64,000 bases of DNA. Source: an uncultured Gammaproteobacteria bacterium. Its GTDB lineage: Bacteria > Patescibacteriota > Patescibacteriia > UBA9934 > GWF2-40-263. The notes below the pieces were generated by a model. That model ran no database searches, was not told the DNA's origin, and saw only the letters and a list, made by a program, of their open reading frames with translations. Position numbers and translations under genes: made by a program. Position 1 is the stretch's first letter; each line of letters starts with the position of its first letter. Location: NCBI GenBank assembly GCA_964538435.1, contig CAZIDX010000003.1:110039-174038 (forward strand), given 5' to 3'. Positions 1-12,869 of this stretch are shown here, in pieces.

Positions 1-1035
1 GTCGGTTGATTGTTCATGACATTCGACATGACAAGAGCAAGCCCACCTGAAGCTCCCAGCATGTAAAACGGATTTGTAAGTGACACAATCCAATGCGACA
101 CACGATCCACAAACCCAAGCTCAGTAAGGCGCTGCACAAACACAAACATCACAGCAATAAACGGTAGGATCTGCCACGGCATTCGTTTGTATGAAAGCAG
201 TGCCCCCTTCGAAGAACTTGGGTGAGTGTTAATAAGCACAAACCCAAGTGCAAACAAAACTGTAACAAGCCAAATCTCAAACCCAAGAAATTCTGAAAAA
301 ACAAGCGTGACGAGCATCGCAAGCAAAAGAGAAAAGCTCAAAATCGCATGCACCCAACTTTGAACATAAGCCTTGTCATTCGGCTTGATGGAAAACTTCC
401 TGTTGATCTGCTTTCTAAAAACGAGCCAAAGCAACGCAAAGTTACACACGAACGCAAACAATCCCGGCACCCAAGTATGAGTTGAAAACTCCAAAAACCC
501 AACACCAAGCGATGACCCCAAAATGATATTTGTAGGATCCCCAACAAACAAAATCATGCTTGCCGTATTTGCAACAAAAAACTCAGCAAACAAAAACGGA
601 ATCACATTAATCTTTGCGTGATGACTCATGTAAAAAATCACTGGCGTAAGCGTGAGAATAACAACATCGTTTGAAGTAAGAAGTGTAAGCAGCGCTCCAA
701 ACAAATAAAACCCAAGAAACAACTTGAACCCATCGCCTTTAACCGCGTGCGTAATCCGATACGCAAAGTAATCAAAAATCCCCGTTGCGTCCGTGCTCAC
801 ACTCACATACGCAACAGAGAAAAAGATAAGAATGATTTTCCATGGCTCAAACGAACCATTACTGATGAGTCCGTGATAAATCGTCTCGGCCTCAACCACC
901 CCGAAAGCAATAAAAAAAACGAGGAATATCAAACTCGCCAAACCAAAAGAAACACGAATCCTCCTTTTTCTGAATGGATGAACCGCTAATGCAACAGTGA
1001 GAATAATTGCCCAAAAAATCAATGCGATCTGCATG
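1..1035 (-). CDS. ArsB/NhaD-family anion permease (C-terminus runs off the window start)
   Basis: Manual translation of the minus strand from the ATG at 1035 gives one continuous polytopic membrane protein (MQIALIFWAIILTVALAVHPF...GDPTNIILGSS...). It is absent from the ORF track because no stop lies in the window. The composition matches arsenite/citrate-transporter-like permeases. Confidence 0.5.
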
Positions 1036-1135
1036 AGAATATTGTACCAAATATTGACAAAATAGGCTGAAAAAGATACCCTTAATCGTCACCAAGCAAT
1101 TCGGTGATACCATTTCCTCTCACCCCGAGAAAATA

Positions 1136-1615
1136 ATGAAGCTCCTTTTCGCAATCTTGTGTACACTTGTACTCTCACTGCTCTGCCCCACCGCTCACGC
1201 ACAGCAACAAAAGTGTGCTGAGCAAACCAAGCCCCTGGAAGTTACTGATGTTCCAGTGCGACACAACTCAAACGGCATTCTCGCGTTCTACCAGACCGAG
1301 CTGTGTCCACCAGCCGCTGCTGAAAACGAACGTTGGTTCCTAATCTGGCGCCCCAGTGAGCTGGACGCGCAAAGAAACCAAGCAATCGTCAGAGCAACCC
1401 CTGAAATCATCACAGCCCTCTGGATCGATCCCAAGCTCGGTCAGGTAGGCTACTTCAACCTGGCATTCACAGACCTCTGGATGCTCACACTCGTGGACGT
1501 TCACACGTACCACTACCACACGTACATGATCGACACGAGTGATCCACGCATGAAGGTCGAGTGGAGCAACTCCACACCCATCCCGCTCCCACGCAACCTA
1601 CGAAGCGACCACTAG
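1136..1615 (+). CDS. secreted hypothetical protein (N-terminal signal peptide ...PTAHA)
   Basis: 159-aa ORF with a hydrophobic N-terminus and an AxA cleavage site. A hairpin plus T-run follows at 1626-1651. Confidence 0.45.
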   Translation: MKLLFAILCTLVLSLLCPTAHAQQQKCAEQTKPLEVTDVPVRHNSNGILAFYQTELCPPAAAENERWFLIWRPSELDAQRNQAIVRATPEIITALWIDPKLGQVGYFNLAFTDLWMLTLVDVHTYHYHTYMIDTSDPRMKVEWSNSTPIPLPRNLRSDH

Positions 1616-1625
1616 GTCTCCTCAC

Positions 1626-1651
1626 ACCCCGTCCAGATGGGGTGTTTTCAA
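1626..1651. terminator. hairpin acaccccgtccagatggggtgt followed by TTTT, between the secreted-protein gene and the 5S rRNA
   Basis: Perfect 7-bp GC-rich stem followed by a T-tract on the plus strand. Confidence 0.5.
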
Positions 1652-1678
1652 TTTCACAACCAAAAAACAGTGCAAAGT

Positions 1679-1787
1679 CTTGGCGTCTACCTACTCTCGC
1701 GCAATCGCACTACCATCGGCCCTAGAGAGCTTAACTGCCGTGTTCGGGAAGGGAACGGGTGTTGCCTCTCTGGAAGAAACACCAAGA
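1679..1787 (-). rRNA. rrf: 5S rRNA
   Basis: The reverse complement reads cttggtg...acacccgttcccttcccgaacacggcagttaagctc...gccgatggtagtg...gcgagagtagg...gacgccaag, the canonical 5S consensus. Confidence 0.85.
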
Positions 1788-1990
1788 CTCTGCACTGTTT
1801 AAATTGTTTACTAAAGATAGTCGATATTCTCTGAGAAGGGTTTTCTCTTCATTCATATAGATTGTCAAAACGAGATGAAGCGCGCCGCTCTGGAAGGTGG
1901 AAAGTCGCCGAGCTGTACTGAACGTACAGCGAGGTGATTTCCGCCTGAAGAGCTAGCGATTCGCTCGTTTTGGCGATCTAACCAAGAGAG

Positions 1991-5108
<3,118 letters not shown>

Positions 5109-5623
5109 ACTCCTAGGCTAGATCTCTTGAAGAGAAGATCTGCCACTCGCATGGAGTGATCTGAATTCCGGCCACTCACGAAAAAAGAGTGGACGAAATT
5201 AATTCTCGTATTTTGATATTATTATCGACTGATCTTCAGTTGTAAGGATCTTTCTGTTCGATTTCGTCTGCTGTTCTATTCTTCGAATCAGAGTGCAACT
5301 CACTTGAGCTCTGCTCTGAATCCAAGGGAACAAAAAACCGCCAGTATCTCTGCGGTCTTATCAAAACAAATTTGATAGTGGATCGCTAATTCTTTTGATG
5401 TAAGATTGGTGTACTCATGATGTGGTTTTGATTTGATTCATAACTTTCCCTCCATCCCTCAGTGTGCAAACCTTCCCGTTTACTTTGCAACTTTAGCGAT
5501 CCTTGGGACAAAGAAAGTAGAACTAATCCACAAATGTCACGGGAAGTATAGTGGAAGTCATTAAACCTGTCAAGGGCTCTATCCTCAATGTTTCCACACC
5601 AAAAATAAGGTATAATTTCACAT

Positions 5624-6097
5624 ATGTTTTCCCTAAAAATCACCTCAATTGGCAAACAAAAAGCCGGACCTGAATCCGAGCTTGTTTCTCGCTATCTCAA
5701 GCAACTGAAGACCTTTGCTAAAATCGAGATTCAAGAACTCTCTGAATCAAAGCACGCTCGCACAGGCGACCTCGACCGAGCTCGCTCAGAAGACGCCGAA
5801 TCGCTCCGCTCTGCACTCGTCCCAGGAGCCAAACATATCCTCCTCACCGAGCACGGAAAAACCTTCTCCTCACCCGACTTTGCAAAGACCCTCCAAGACT
5901 GGAGCGAGAACGAGACTGTCCCAATCCAATTCCTCCTAGCAGGGCCGCACGGCATAAGCAAAGAACTCGAAAGCGAAGTTGACCTGAACCTCTCCCTCTC
6001 CCCCATGACCTTCCCGCACGACATCGCCCGCGCACTCCTGCTCGAGCAACTCTACCGCGCCATGACCATCCTCTCAGGCAAGACGTATCATTACTAA
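5624..6097 (+). CDS. rlmH: 23S rRNA (pseudouridine1915-N3)-methyltransferase RlmH (SPOUT)
   Basis: 157 aa with C-terminus ...LLEQLYRAMTILSGKTYHY, typical of RlmH/YbeA. TATAAT at 5612-5617 and a GG-rich RBS precede the ATG. Confidence 0.8.
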   Translation: MFSLKITSIGKQKAGPESELVSRYLKQLKTFAKIEIQELSESKHARTGDLDRARSEDAESLRSALVPGAKHILLTEHGKTFSSPDFAKTLQDWSENETVPIQFLLAGPHGISKELESEVDLNLSLSPMTFPHDIARALLLEQLYRAMTILSGKTYHY

Positions 6098-6174
6098 CAA
6101 CACCCTATCCACATAAGGTCCGATCGGTCCTTTAATGGATACAAAAAACACCCAGCTTGCGCCGGGTGTTTTAT

Positions 6175-6789
6175 TTACATCTCAATCTCCGCAAGACTTG
6201 TTGCTACTTGCCACGCCTGCCCATCTTCAGGATGCGCCTCAATCGTATGCCGCGAATCATCACGTACCATCCGCACAAGTTGTATCGGTAGACCCGCATC
6301 TCGCACCGCCTCAAGCTCACGAGGATTGTCATCTACAAACACAAGATCCTCATACTCATCCAAAAACTCTTTTAGCTGCACATCCTTTCGTCTTTCAGGT
6401 CGCGCAATGTGAATCTCATCAATGAGCTCATCAAGCCCTGCGGCTTCAATCTTAAAATGCTGGAAGTCAGGCTCGCCAAATGTCAGGATCGAAAACGTGT
6501 GCTTCTTCTGATTCTCTCGAATAAACTCTTTTACCTCACCAAACACCAACTGCTCCCCCTCTTCTTCAACCCACTGCTCAAACTCACTAACAATCTCATC
6601 AAGATCACCTCCAGCAATCCCTGACTGCTCAGCATGCTCACGAAGGGTAAATCCAAGCCCAAACAATTTCTCTCCAATCTCTGTTGCCTCATCGCGATCA
6701 ATCCCCTGATCAACCAAACGATCAAGCCAATTGTTCCAAAGATGCTCTGTATGGTAGAGCGTCCCATCAAAATCTAAAACGATATGCAT
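6175..6789 (-). CDS. HAD-superfamily hydrolase
   Basis: Motif I MHIVLDFDGTLY (DxDxT). The ORF-track start at 6993 overlaps the upstream gene, so the start was trimmed to the internal Met. Confidence 0.65.
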   Translation of the reverse strand: MHIVLDFDGTLYHTEHLWNNWLDRLVDQGIDRDEATEIGEKLFGLGFTLREHAEQSGIAGGDLDEIVSEFEQWVEEEGEQLVFGEVKEFIRENQKKHTFSILTFGEPDFQHFKIEAAGLDELIDEIHIARPERRKDVQLKEFLDEYEDLVFVDDNPRELEAVRDAGLPIQLVRMVRDDSRHTIEAHPEDGQAWQVATSLAEIEM

Positions 6790-6790
6790 A

Positions 6791-7441
6791 CTAATCTTCA
6801 ATTCCTTCGTAATCATCACTGAGTGCCGCACCTGGATCATACTCAACAGGCTTCTCAGCAATGCGCTTAATAATCTCAGCAAGAATCGGATACTGCTCAC
6901 CCATGAAGTGCCCTTGCCCATCCACTTCAAGAAGTTTTGCTTTGAGTTGCTTAGCAAGGCGCTGACCATGCTCAAACGGAACAAGCTTGTCATCCTTTGA
7001 GTGAAGCACGAAAAACTCCCTTGCCTTCCACATCAAAACATCTGCATCAAGATCGGCAATAAACAGCTGCCTGAGCTCTGATCGCGAAACCTTCCACGGA
7101 GCAGAAACAAGAAGGACAGCGCGCGGTGTCTCAGTCATCTCAACCGCCTCAAGGTATTGCAGAATAATAAAAGCCCCGAGCGAATGTCCGAGCAAAATAT
7201 CATCTGATTTTAGATACCCAACCTGACTCTTCATGGACTCAATAATCTCCGGCAGGTTAAGCGGATCGTTTGTAGAAAGCGGAAGCTCTGGCGTTTCCAC
7301 CTCAAACCCCATGTCTCGCAATGTGTCTGCGAGCCAAGGATGAAAATTCATCTGAGGGCTGGCATTAAAGCCATGTACAAGAATGATTCTCATAAGCACC
7401 GGGAGAATAACCGAAAAGAGACTTTTTGTCGAGAGTGCCAT
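6791..7441 (-). CDS. alpha/beta-fold serine hydrolase (YdeN/RBBP9-like)
   Basis: ILVHGF...GHSLGA nucleophile-elbow motif. The likely true start is the Met at 7393. Confidence 0.6.
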   Translation of the reverse strand: MALSTKSLFSVILPVLMRIILVHGFNASPQMNFHPWLADTLRDMGFEVETPELPLSTNDPLNLPEIIESMKSQVGYLKSDDILLGHSLGAFIILQYLEAVEMTETPRAVLLVSAPWKVSRSELRQLFIADLDADVLMWKAREFFVLHSKDDKLVPFEHGQRLAKQLKAKLLEVDGQGHFMGEQYPILAEIIKRIAEKPVEYDPGAALSDDYEGIED

Positions 7442-7471
7442 TGACCAAGAACATGATTTGCGATAGTATCC
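7441..7471 (+). promoter_or_regulatory. sigma70-like promoter (TTGACC, 17-nt spacer, TAGTAT) upstream of tRNA-Leu
   Basis: ttgaccaagaacatgatttgcgatagtatcc has canonical spacing and lies ~30 nt upstream of the tRNA 5' end. Confidence 0.35.
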
Positions 7472-7502
7472 CTCCGTAACTATTTCAAACGAATAGTTTG
7501 TG

Positions 7503-7587
7503 GGCGAGTGGTGGAATTGGTAGACACGCTAGCCTTAGGAGCTAGTGCCCTTGCGGCGTGGAGGTTCGAGTCCTCTCTCGCCCACCA
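7503..7587 (+). tRNA. tRNA-Leu (anticodon TAG), CCA encoded
   Basis: Acceptor stem gggcgag/ctcgccc, anticodon loop cttaggag, long variable arm, T-loop ggttcgagtcc, 3' ACCA. Confidence 0.85.
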
Positions 7588-7640
7588 GAAAAATACTCCA
7601 TTCATTGGAGTATTTTTTGTTTACGCTATACTAGATAGGT

Positions 7641-7979
7641 ATGACCATCCTCACCGTCTGCCAATTTGGCATGAACCGATCTCGCTATCTAGCAGAGTAT
7701 CTCAACTCCCTCGGCTACAACACAATCTACGGAGGTGTGCGCGAAGAGCCAAACGTCTTGCAAAGCAAGATTGATCAAGCTGATATTATTATCTCAGTCA
7801 CACCAGAAATTACAGACAAGCTTCACACATTCAACTTGAGCAGTCGAAAAGTGATCGGACTCGATGTAAACGACAAAACCGACTCACTCTCAGGAGACGC
7901 CTGGTGCAGCTTCCAATCCTCCTCTGTCTACCCCCGCCTGAAAGCTCAAATAGATAAACATCTTCCACTGAAACCGTAG
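7641..7979 (+). CDS. low-molecular-weight phosphotyrosine-phosphatase/ArsC-like protein with a degenerate P-loop (CQFGMNRS)
   Basis: The N-terminal ILTVCQFGMNRSR resembles the CxGNxCRS P-loop but has one residue missing. Confidence 0.35.
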   Translation: MTILTVCQFGMNRSRYLAEYLNSLGYNTIYGGVREEPNVLQSKIDQADIIISVTPEITDKLHTFNLSSRKVIGLDVNDKTDSLSGDAWCSFQSSSVYPRLKAQIDKHLPLKP

Positions 7980-8143
7980 ATATCCCCACTCCAACCCCTT
8001 GACGAAACCGTCACGCGATGTTGTGATGGAAACACAAGACAAAGAACTCCCCTTCACTGTCCGCGCCATGCTTGCGGATAGCGATTGGGAGTTCTTTTCT
8101 TTGCGCGCATTACTCTCGAGAGCTCATTAACAATTCAATAAGT

Positions 8144-10591
8144 ATGAAACTATTCGATAAAACATGGATCGCCATGCTCATGCTTTCAGCTGTGCTCGTC
8201 ATTCCCATGCGCACACAAGCATCCGCGCCGCACGTAATCATCTCCGAAATCGGTTGGGCAGGTTCTGAAGTCTCAAGTTCTGACGAGTGGATCGAGCTTA
8301 CCAACACAAGCACAACCCAGATCAACATCTCAGGCTACATGCTCACAGGAGCAGGTTCTGGCGGAGAAAGCATAGTGATCCCAGACGGTAGCCTACTCGA
8401 ACCTCACTCAACATATCTCATCGCAAACTATGATCAAACGCACGAAAACTCCACCCTTGGAGCAACACCAAACATTATCGACGCCACCCTGTCTCTCTCA
8501 AACTCAGGATTCGCTGTGCATCTCAACAACCATGACGGTGCCCAAATCGATTCTGCAGGAGATGGAACAACCCCTTTCGCTGGAGGATCTGGTGGCACTG
8601 AGGAGTCTGATGACGGACGATATCGATCCATGGTCCGAGTGGATGGATCGCTAAACGGAACACTAGAAACCTCTTGGATGAATGCGACAACCTCCACCGG
8701 ATTCAAAGAAGCATCAACAGGACTCGGCACTCCTGGTTACGCAGACGTGTGGCTCCTACTCGAAGAAATAACAGAAGAAGAACCCACAGAAGAAGCTGCG
8801 ACGGACTCATTAATCATAACTGAATTCGTCTCAAACCCACTCGAAAACGAAGTGGAATGGATCGAAGTCTTGAACGCATCCAACCAAGACGTGGATCTAA
8901 CTGGGTGGACCATCGAGGACGCCACAGAGCGACAAACACCCCTTGGAGAAGAAACCTTGCTTGCAGGAGCATTCTTCTTAATTGAGTCACCGACCGGGCA
9001 ACTTAACAACGACGGCGACTCAATCATCATCAAAGACAAAGCAGGGTCTGTAGTCGATCAGCTCGAATACGGAACGGACGAAATTCCAGCCCCAGACAAA
9101 GGCCAAGCAACCGCACTAACCTCAGATGGTTTTCAAGTTACAGACACACCAACACCTGGAGACGAAAACCTAATCGAAATCCTCGAGGCAGTTGAGGAAC
9201 CTGTCCCTGACGTCATTTCGAGCGATAGTGAAGAATCCCACGAGGAAACAGAGGCAGCACCCTCTCCAGAGGAAGAGGCAGAGAACCCTGAGCCACAAAT
9301 CGAAACCGAACCCGAGCCAGAACCAACAACCTCTGGCACCACAACCATTGTTGAAGACGAAGAATACACCGACCCAACAACACTCTTCTTTGTTGAGCTC
9401 TACCCAAACACACCCGGCTCTGATGCAGATGAGGAATACATCATCCTGAAAAACACAGGAATAGAAACGCTCGAGCTCAAAGACTGGAGCATCTCAGACG
9501 AAGCAGGGAATCACCACACATTCTCAAGTGGAGCGCTCGCAGCAAACACAGAGCTGACTCTCATGCGAACAGAAAGCGACATTACACTCAACAACAACGG
9601 AGATATTCTGTTCCTCTACTCACCCAAAGACGATCTCATTGACACAGTCATCTATGACAAGGCTGCTTCTGGTGAGAAATATGTACTCACAAATGGAGTA
9701 TGGACTTGGGAATCAGAGCAGGTGCAAACCACTGAAACAACCGAGGTAATCGAGCAGGGCAACAACACCCCAACACCGACTCCCGCTCCGCAACAGGTAG
9801 AACCAACAAAAACCACCACAACCTCATCCACAACAAACACAAGTTACTCACACGCGACTTACTCATCCGCAAACGCAACCCAAAACACAACCATCAATGA
9901 GGCAAAAACTCTCTCAGACGGATCTCATGTCACACTCAGCGGAGTCGTCACAGCAATTCCAGGAACACTTGGGAAGCAAATCTTGTACATCCAAGACGAA
10001 ACAGGGGGCATCCAAGTCTACAAGCACGACAGCCTGTTCCCAGAACTTGATATCGGAGACGTAATCTCTTTCACAGGAGAACTCTCAACAACAAGATCAG
10101 AAAGACGAGTTAAACTCGCGACTGATGCTCAAATCACAATCACCCAAACACCAAACACTGAGCCAATCGAGCTCGACGCAGACGAACTCGAAGAAACGCT
10201 CGTGGGGCAACTTGTGACAACTACCGGAACGGTGCAAACCAAAGCATCTACCCGAGTCACACTTGAGCAAGACGGAGAGGAAGCTATCATCTACCTAGGC
10301 TCAAGCGGAATCACAACAGACCTGTTCGAGCGCGGTGCAAAACTAAAAGTCACAGGTGTGCTCACAAACACCAGCGGAGAACTTCGTATCAGACCCCGAT
10401 CTGAAAACGACATCCTTATTCTGGAAAACGAAACCGAACTAATCACAACAACCGCAACAACAGGAAAAGATGCGCATACAAACAATCAATCAAAAACAGG
10501 TTGGATTCTCGTTCTCATCACAGCTGGAACTCTGGGGATCCTCGCACTGCGCAAATACTTCCCGCACGGAAGAACACATGCACCAGCATAA
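8144..10591 (+). CDS. large secreted surface protein with three lamin-tail-like domains, an acidic linker and a C-terminal TM anchor
   Basis: The signal peptide starts at MKLFDKTWIAMLMLSAVLVIPM. Three LTD-like modules are present (VIISEIGWAGSEV..EWIELTN; LIITEFVSNP..EWIEVLN; LFFVELYPNTPG..EEYIILKN). A polyacidic E/P-rich linker and a C-terminal hydrophobic helix plus basic tail follow. Confidence 0.65.
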   Translation: MKLFDKTWIAMLMLSAVLVIPMRTQASAPHVIISEIGWAGSEVSSSDEWIELTNTSTTQINISGYMLTGAGSGGESIVIPDGSLLEPHSTYLIANYDQTHENSTLGATPNIIDATLSLSNSGFAVHLNNHDGAQIDSAGDGTTPFAGGSGGTEESDDGRYRSMVRVDGSLNGTLETSWMNATTSTGFKEASTGLGTPGYADVWLLLEEITEEEPTEEAATDSLIITEFVSNPLENEVEWIEVLNASNQDVDLTGWTIEDATERQTPLGEETLLAGAFFLIESPTGQLNNDGDSIIIKDKAGSVVDQLEYGTDEIPAPDKGQATALTSDGFQVTDTPTPGDENLIEILEAVEEPVPDVISSDSEESHEETEAAPSPEEEAENPEPQIETEPEPEPTTSGTTTIVEDEEYTDPTTLFFVELYPNTPGSDADEEYIILKNTGIETLELKDWSISDEAGNHHTFSSGALAANTELTLMRTESDITLNNNGDILFLYSPKDDLIDTVIYDKAASGEKYVLTNGVWTWESEQVQTTETTEVIEQGNNTPTPTPAPQQVEPTKTTTTSSTTNTSYSHATYSSANATQNTTINEAKTLSDGSHVTLSGVVTAIPGTLGKQILYIQDETGGIQVYKHDSLFPELDIGDVISFTGELSTTRSERRVKLATDAQITITQTPNTEPIELDADELEETLVGQLVTTTGTVQTKASTRVTLEQDGEEAIIYLGSSGITTDLFERGAKLKVTGVLTNTSGELRIRPRSENDILILENETELITTTATTGKDAHTNNQSKTGWILVLITAGTLGILALRKYFPHGRTHAPA

Positions 10592-10603
10592 TCAATAACG
10601 ATA

Positions 10604-10780
10604 TGGATAAAAAAGAAATCAAGCACTGTGTTGAACGAAAAGCTTATGCCTTTGGAGTGTCATCTGCAGTCTCAACCCTGCTTGGAGAATATGTAGAACA
10701 ATTAATCACAAAAACCTATGGAGGAAGACAAAAAGAACAATTGGTATCGCAGTCTACTCGACCGAATTACAAACCTGTCT
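10604..10780 (+). CDS. small hypothetical protein (58 aa)
   Basis: ATG at 10604 just after the upstream stop (MDKKEIKHCVERKAYAFG...). It overlaps the next ORF in another frame. Confidence 0.3.
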
Positions 10781-10924
10781 GAACAATTCGAGCTCGATGA
10801 CTCACAAGAAAACACCTTCCGCGACTTCGTCGTGACACTCGCACGCGAACAATACAAACGCGGATCCAGATCAGGAGCCGGCTGGGCATTTGCTCAAGCA
10901 AAGAAAGGAAATATGTCTGGATAA
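10718..10924 (+). CDS. small hypothetical protein (68 aa)
   Basis: ORF MEEDKKNNWYRSLLDRITNLSEQFELDD..., followed by a GC hairpin at 10936-10959. Confidence 0.3.
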   Translation: MEEDKKNNWYRSLLDRITNLSEQFELDDSQENTFRDFVVTLAREQYKRGSRSGAGWAFAQAKKGNMSG

Positions 10925-10935
10925 GCAACACAAAA

Positions 10936-10959
10936 GGGCCCGGAATCAAATCCGGGCCC
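10936..10959. terminator. palindromic GC hairpin gggcccgga-atcaaa-tccgggccc
   Basis: Perfect 9-bp stem with no strong T-run. Confidence 0.35.
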
Positions 10960-10980
10960 CCATGGTATAATCAAACCAGT

Positions 10981-11205
10981 ATGAAGCAATCGCTGGTCAA
11001 AAATTTCACATCACATCTCAACAGACTTGAAAAAAAGAAAAACGAATGCACAAACAACAGTGACAAACGTTTTTATTTAACTCTCATTGAAACTTGTTGC
11101 TCTATTAAAAAAACTTGCCAGAAACTAGATCGTAACTATCAAAAAATTGAAGGTCTGAATAGACAAATGTCTCGAATTAGCACAATGCTTACACGAGAAT
11201 TATAA
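10981..11205 (+). CDS. small Cys-containing basic hypothetical protein (74 aa) in a very AT-rich (~33% GC) segment
   Basis: ORF MKQSLVKNFTSHLNRLEKKKNECTNNSDK...; hairpins bracket the gene. Confidence 0.3.
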   Translation: MKQSLVKNFTSHLNRLEKKKNECTNNSDKRFYLTLIETCCSIKKTCQKLDRNYQKIEGLNRQMSRISTMLTREL

Positions 11206-11228
11206 AATCCGGCCCACAGCCGGATTTT
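11204..11228. terminator. bidirectional rho-independent terminator aaaatccggc-ccaca-gccggatttt
   Basis: Stem with A/T runs on both sides, between convergent genes. Confidence 0.55.
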
Positions 11229-11232
11229 AAAT

Positions 11233-11640
11233 TTACATATAGTAAATAATCGCCGACATAATCAAGAAGCTAAGCAGATAATATCCATTATCCAAAAACC
11301 ACAGCTTCACTGGTCGCCCTCCCCATGTCACCGCATTCATGCTAATCGTTCCAACAAAACCAAACCATAGAAGAAGCGCAATAAAGAAAAAGTAAACTAA
11401 AGAAGGAACCGCAAGCGCAAGAACATAGGCAAGGGCAAGCGCCATGACAATCGAATTAACAAACCCAATCACATAATACTTCCACACACCTGTTTCATTT
11501 TCACACTCATGATGTTCAGCAACCCCAACAAGCTTCACCCAAATCTTCCCAAACATCGAAGGTGAATACCAAACCGCACCAAACGCAATATTCACAACCG
11601 CAGCAACAAGCACTGCAAGCAAATTAATATCAGGAATCAT
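11233..11640 (-). CDS. DUF1761-like small integral membrane protein
   Basis: MIPDINLLAVLVAAVVNIAFGAVWYSPSMFGKIW... matches the DUF1761 N-terminal signature. The start was trimmed from 11715 to the internal Met. Confidence 0.5.
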   Translation of the reverse strand: MIPDINLLAVLVAAVVNIAFGAVWYSPSMFGKIWVKLVGVAEHHECENETGVWKYYVIGFVNSIVMALALAYVLALAVPSLVYFFFIALLLWFGFVGTISMNAVTWGGRPVKLWFLDNGYYLLSFLIMSAIIYYM

Positions 11641-11901
11641 ATAATCATCGTAAAATTCTGCTCTTAGTATACCGCAAAAACCCACTCCTTGCAGCCAATC
11701 TCTTGCCAAAGACAAAGCCCCTTGCTACACTTCTCATCGCATTGAGCTATAAAGAAAAGTCGCACTAAACATGTGCATCAAATCTTTCTAGAATTGAGTG
11801 AGATTTCACTGCCCGAACGAGCACCGATTGAGCCGACCTTCCTGGTCGGTGATTGAGGAGCGCAGTGAGAAAGTGAAAGGTCGCCAATTCTAGGAAGATT
11901 T

Positions 11902-11977
11902 GCGGTAGTAGCTCAGTTGGTAGAGCGCTTCCTTGCCAAGGAAGAGGTCGCCGGTTCGAATCCGGTCTACCGCTCCA
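11902..11977 (+). tRNA. tRNA-Gly (anticodon GCC), CCA encoded
   Basis: gcggtagtagctcagttggtagagcgcttccttgccaaggaagaggtcgccggttcgaatccggtctaccgctcca. Confidence 0.9.
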
Positions 11978-12034
11978 TCAAAAACCTTCCAGCTTGTCTG
12001 GGAGTTTTTTGATACATGCTACAATTCACGATGT

Positions 12035-12784
12035 ATGAAAAAGCATCTCCTCGAAGTAGAAAAGGCCCTCAAGAACACTGTCACTGATGACCCTGCCTAC
12101 GCAGACTTCAGATCAAAATGCACCAACCTGCGCGTCCTCGGCCACCGCCTCCCACTCATGCATGAACTCGAGGAGAAGGGCTTTTCTTTTTACAAGCTCT
12201 CAAAGCAAGAAATCCTCAAAACCTGGACCTACATCTGGAATACCAGCAAGTTCCACGAACCCATGTACCTCCCCCTCTTTTACTACCGCCGCCATCTAGA
12301 CGGTCTCGACAAAAAAGCTTGGAGTACACTCAAAACCTGGGTCGACCGCGTAGAAAACTGGGAACACGCCGACGCGCTCTGCGCACTTTACTCAGTCCTG
12401 CTCGAACGCTACCCAAAACTCATCGAGCCAACGCTTCGCAAATGGAACAAAGACAAAAACCCATGGAAGCAGCGCTGCTCAATCGTGAGTACAATCTACT
12501 ACGCGAGTAAAAACCGCAAAGCACCACCACTCAAACTCGTCTTCGAGCTAGCAGAACCCCTCATCAAACACTCTGACCCCTACGTACAAAAGGGAGTGGG
12601 TTGGCAGCTGCGCGAAGCTTACAACCTCGACCCCAAGCAGACCCTCAAATTTCTAAACAAACATCTTCTCACCCTCCCAGCCACAGCATTCTCCTACGCC
12701 ACCGAAAAACTCGACAAGAAAACCAAGGCTGAAATGAAAGCAAAACGCAAAGCAGCTCGAACAAAAATAAACAAAAGAACTTAG
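12035..12784 (+). CDS. DNA alkylation repair protein (AlkD/AlkC-like HEAT-repeat glycosylase family)
   Basis: Start trimmed to MKKHLLEV, because the ORF-track start lies inside tRNA-Gly. ...VENWEHADALCALYS...NPWKQRCSIVS... resembles the DNA_alkylation family. A palindromic hairpin at 12784-12820 follows the stop. Confidence 0.5.
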   Translation: MKKHLLEVEKALKNTVTDDPAYADFRSKCTNLRVLGHRLPLMHELEEKGFSFYKLSKQEILKTWTYIWNTSKFHEPMYLPLFYYRRHLDGLDKKAWSTLKTWVDRVENWEHADALCALYSVLLERYPKLIEPTLRKWNKDKNPWKQRCSIVSTIYYASKNRKAPPLKLVFELAEPLIKHSDPYVQKGVGWQLREAYNLDPKQTLKFLNKHLLTLPATAFSYATEKLDKKTKAEMKAKRKAARTKINKRT

Positions 12785-12869
12785 GCAGCTATACGTCGAT
12801 CGTCGCATAGCTGCCTAAAATGAAAAACCCACCATCGCTCTAACGAGCTATGGCGGGCAAGACCGCGGG

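Noticed and set aside
5150-5620. Expected 16S rRNA and spacer tRNAs upstream of the 23S
   Set aside because: No 16S-like sequence (e.g. the anti-SD CCTCC tail or the 1492R region) is present. The region is an AT-rich leader abutting rlmH, so the rRNA genes are unlinked here.
8072-8143. Start of the LTD protein at 8072
   Set aside because: The first 24 residues are non-hydrophobic. The Met at 8144 begins a typical signal peptide (MKLFDKTWIAMLMLSAVLVIPM).
11933-12034. ORF-track start of the AlkD-like gene at 11933
   Set aside because: The start lies inside tRNA-Gly. The first in-frame Met after the tRNA (12035, MKKHLL) was used.
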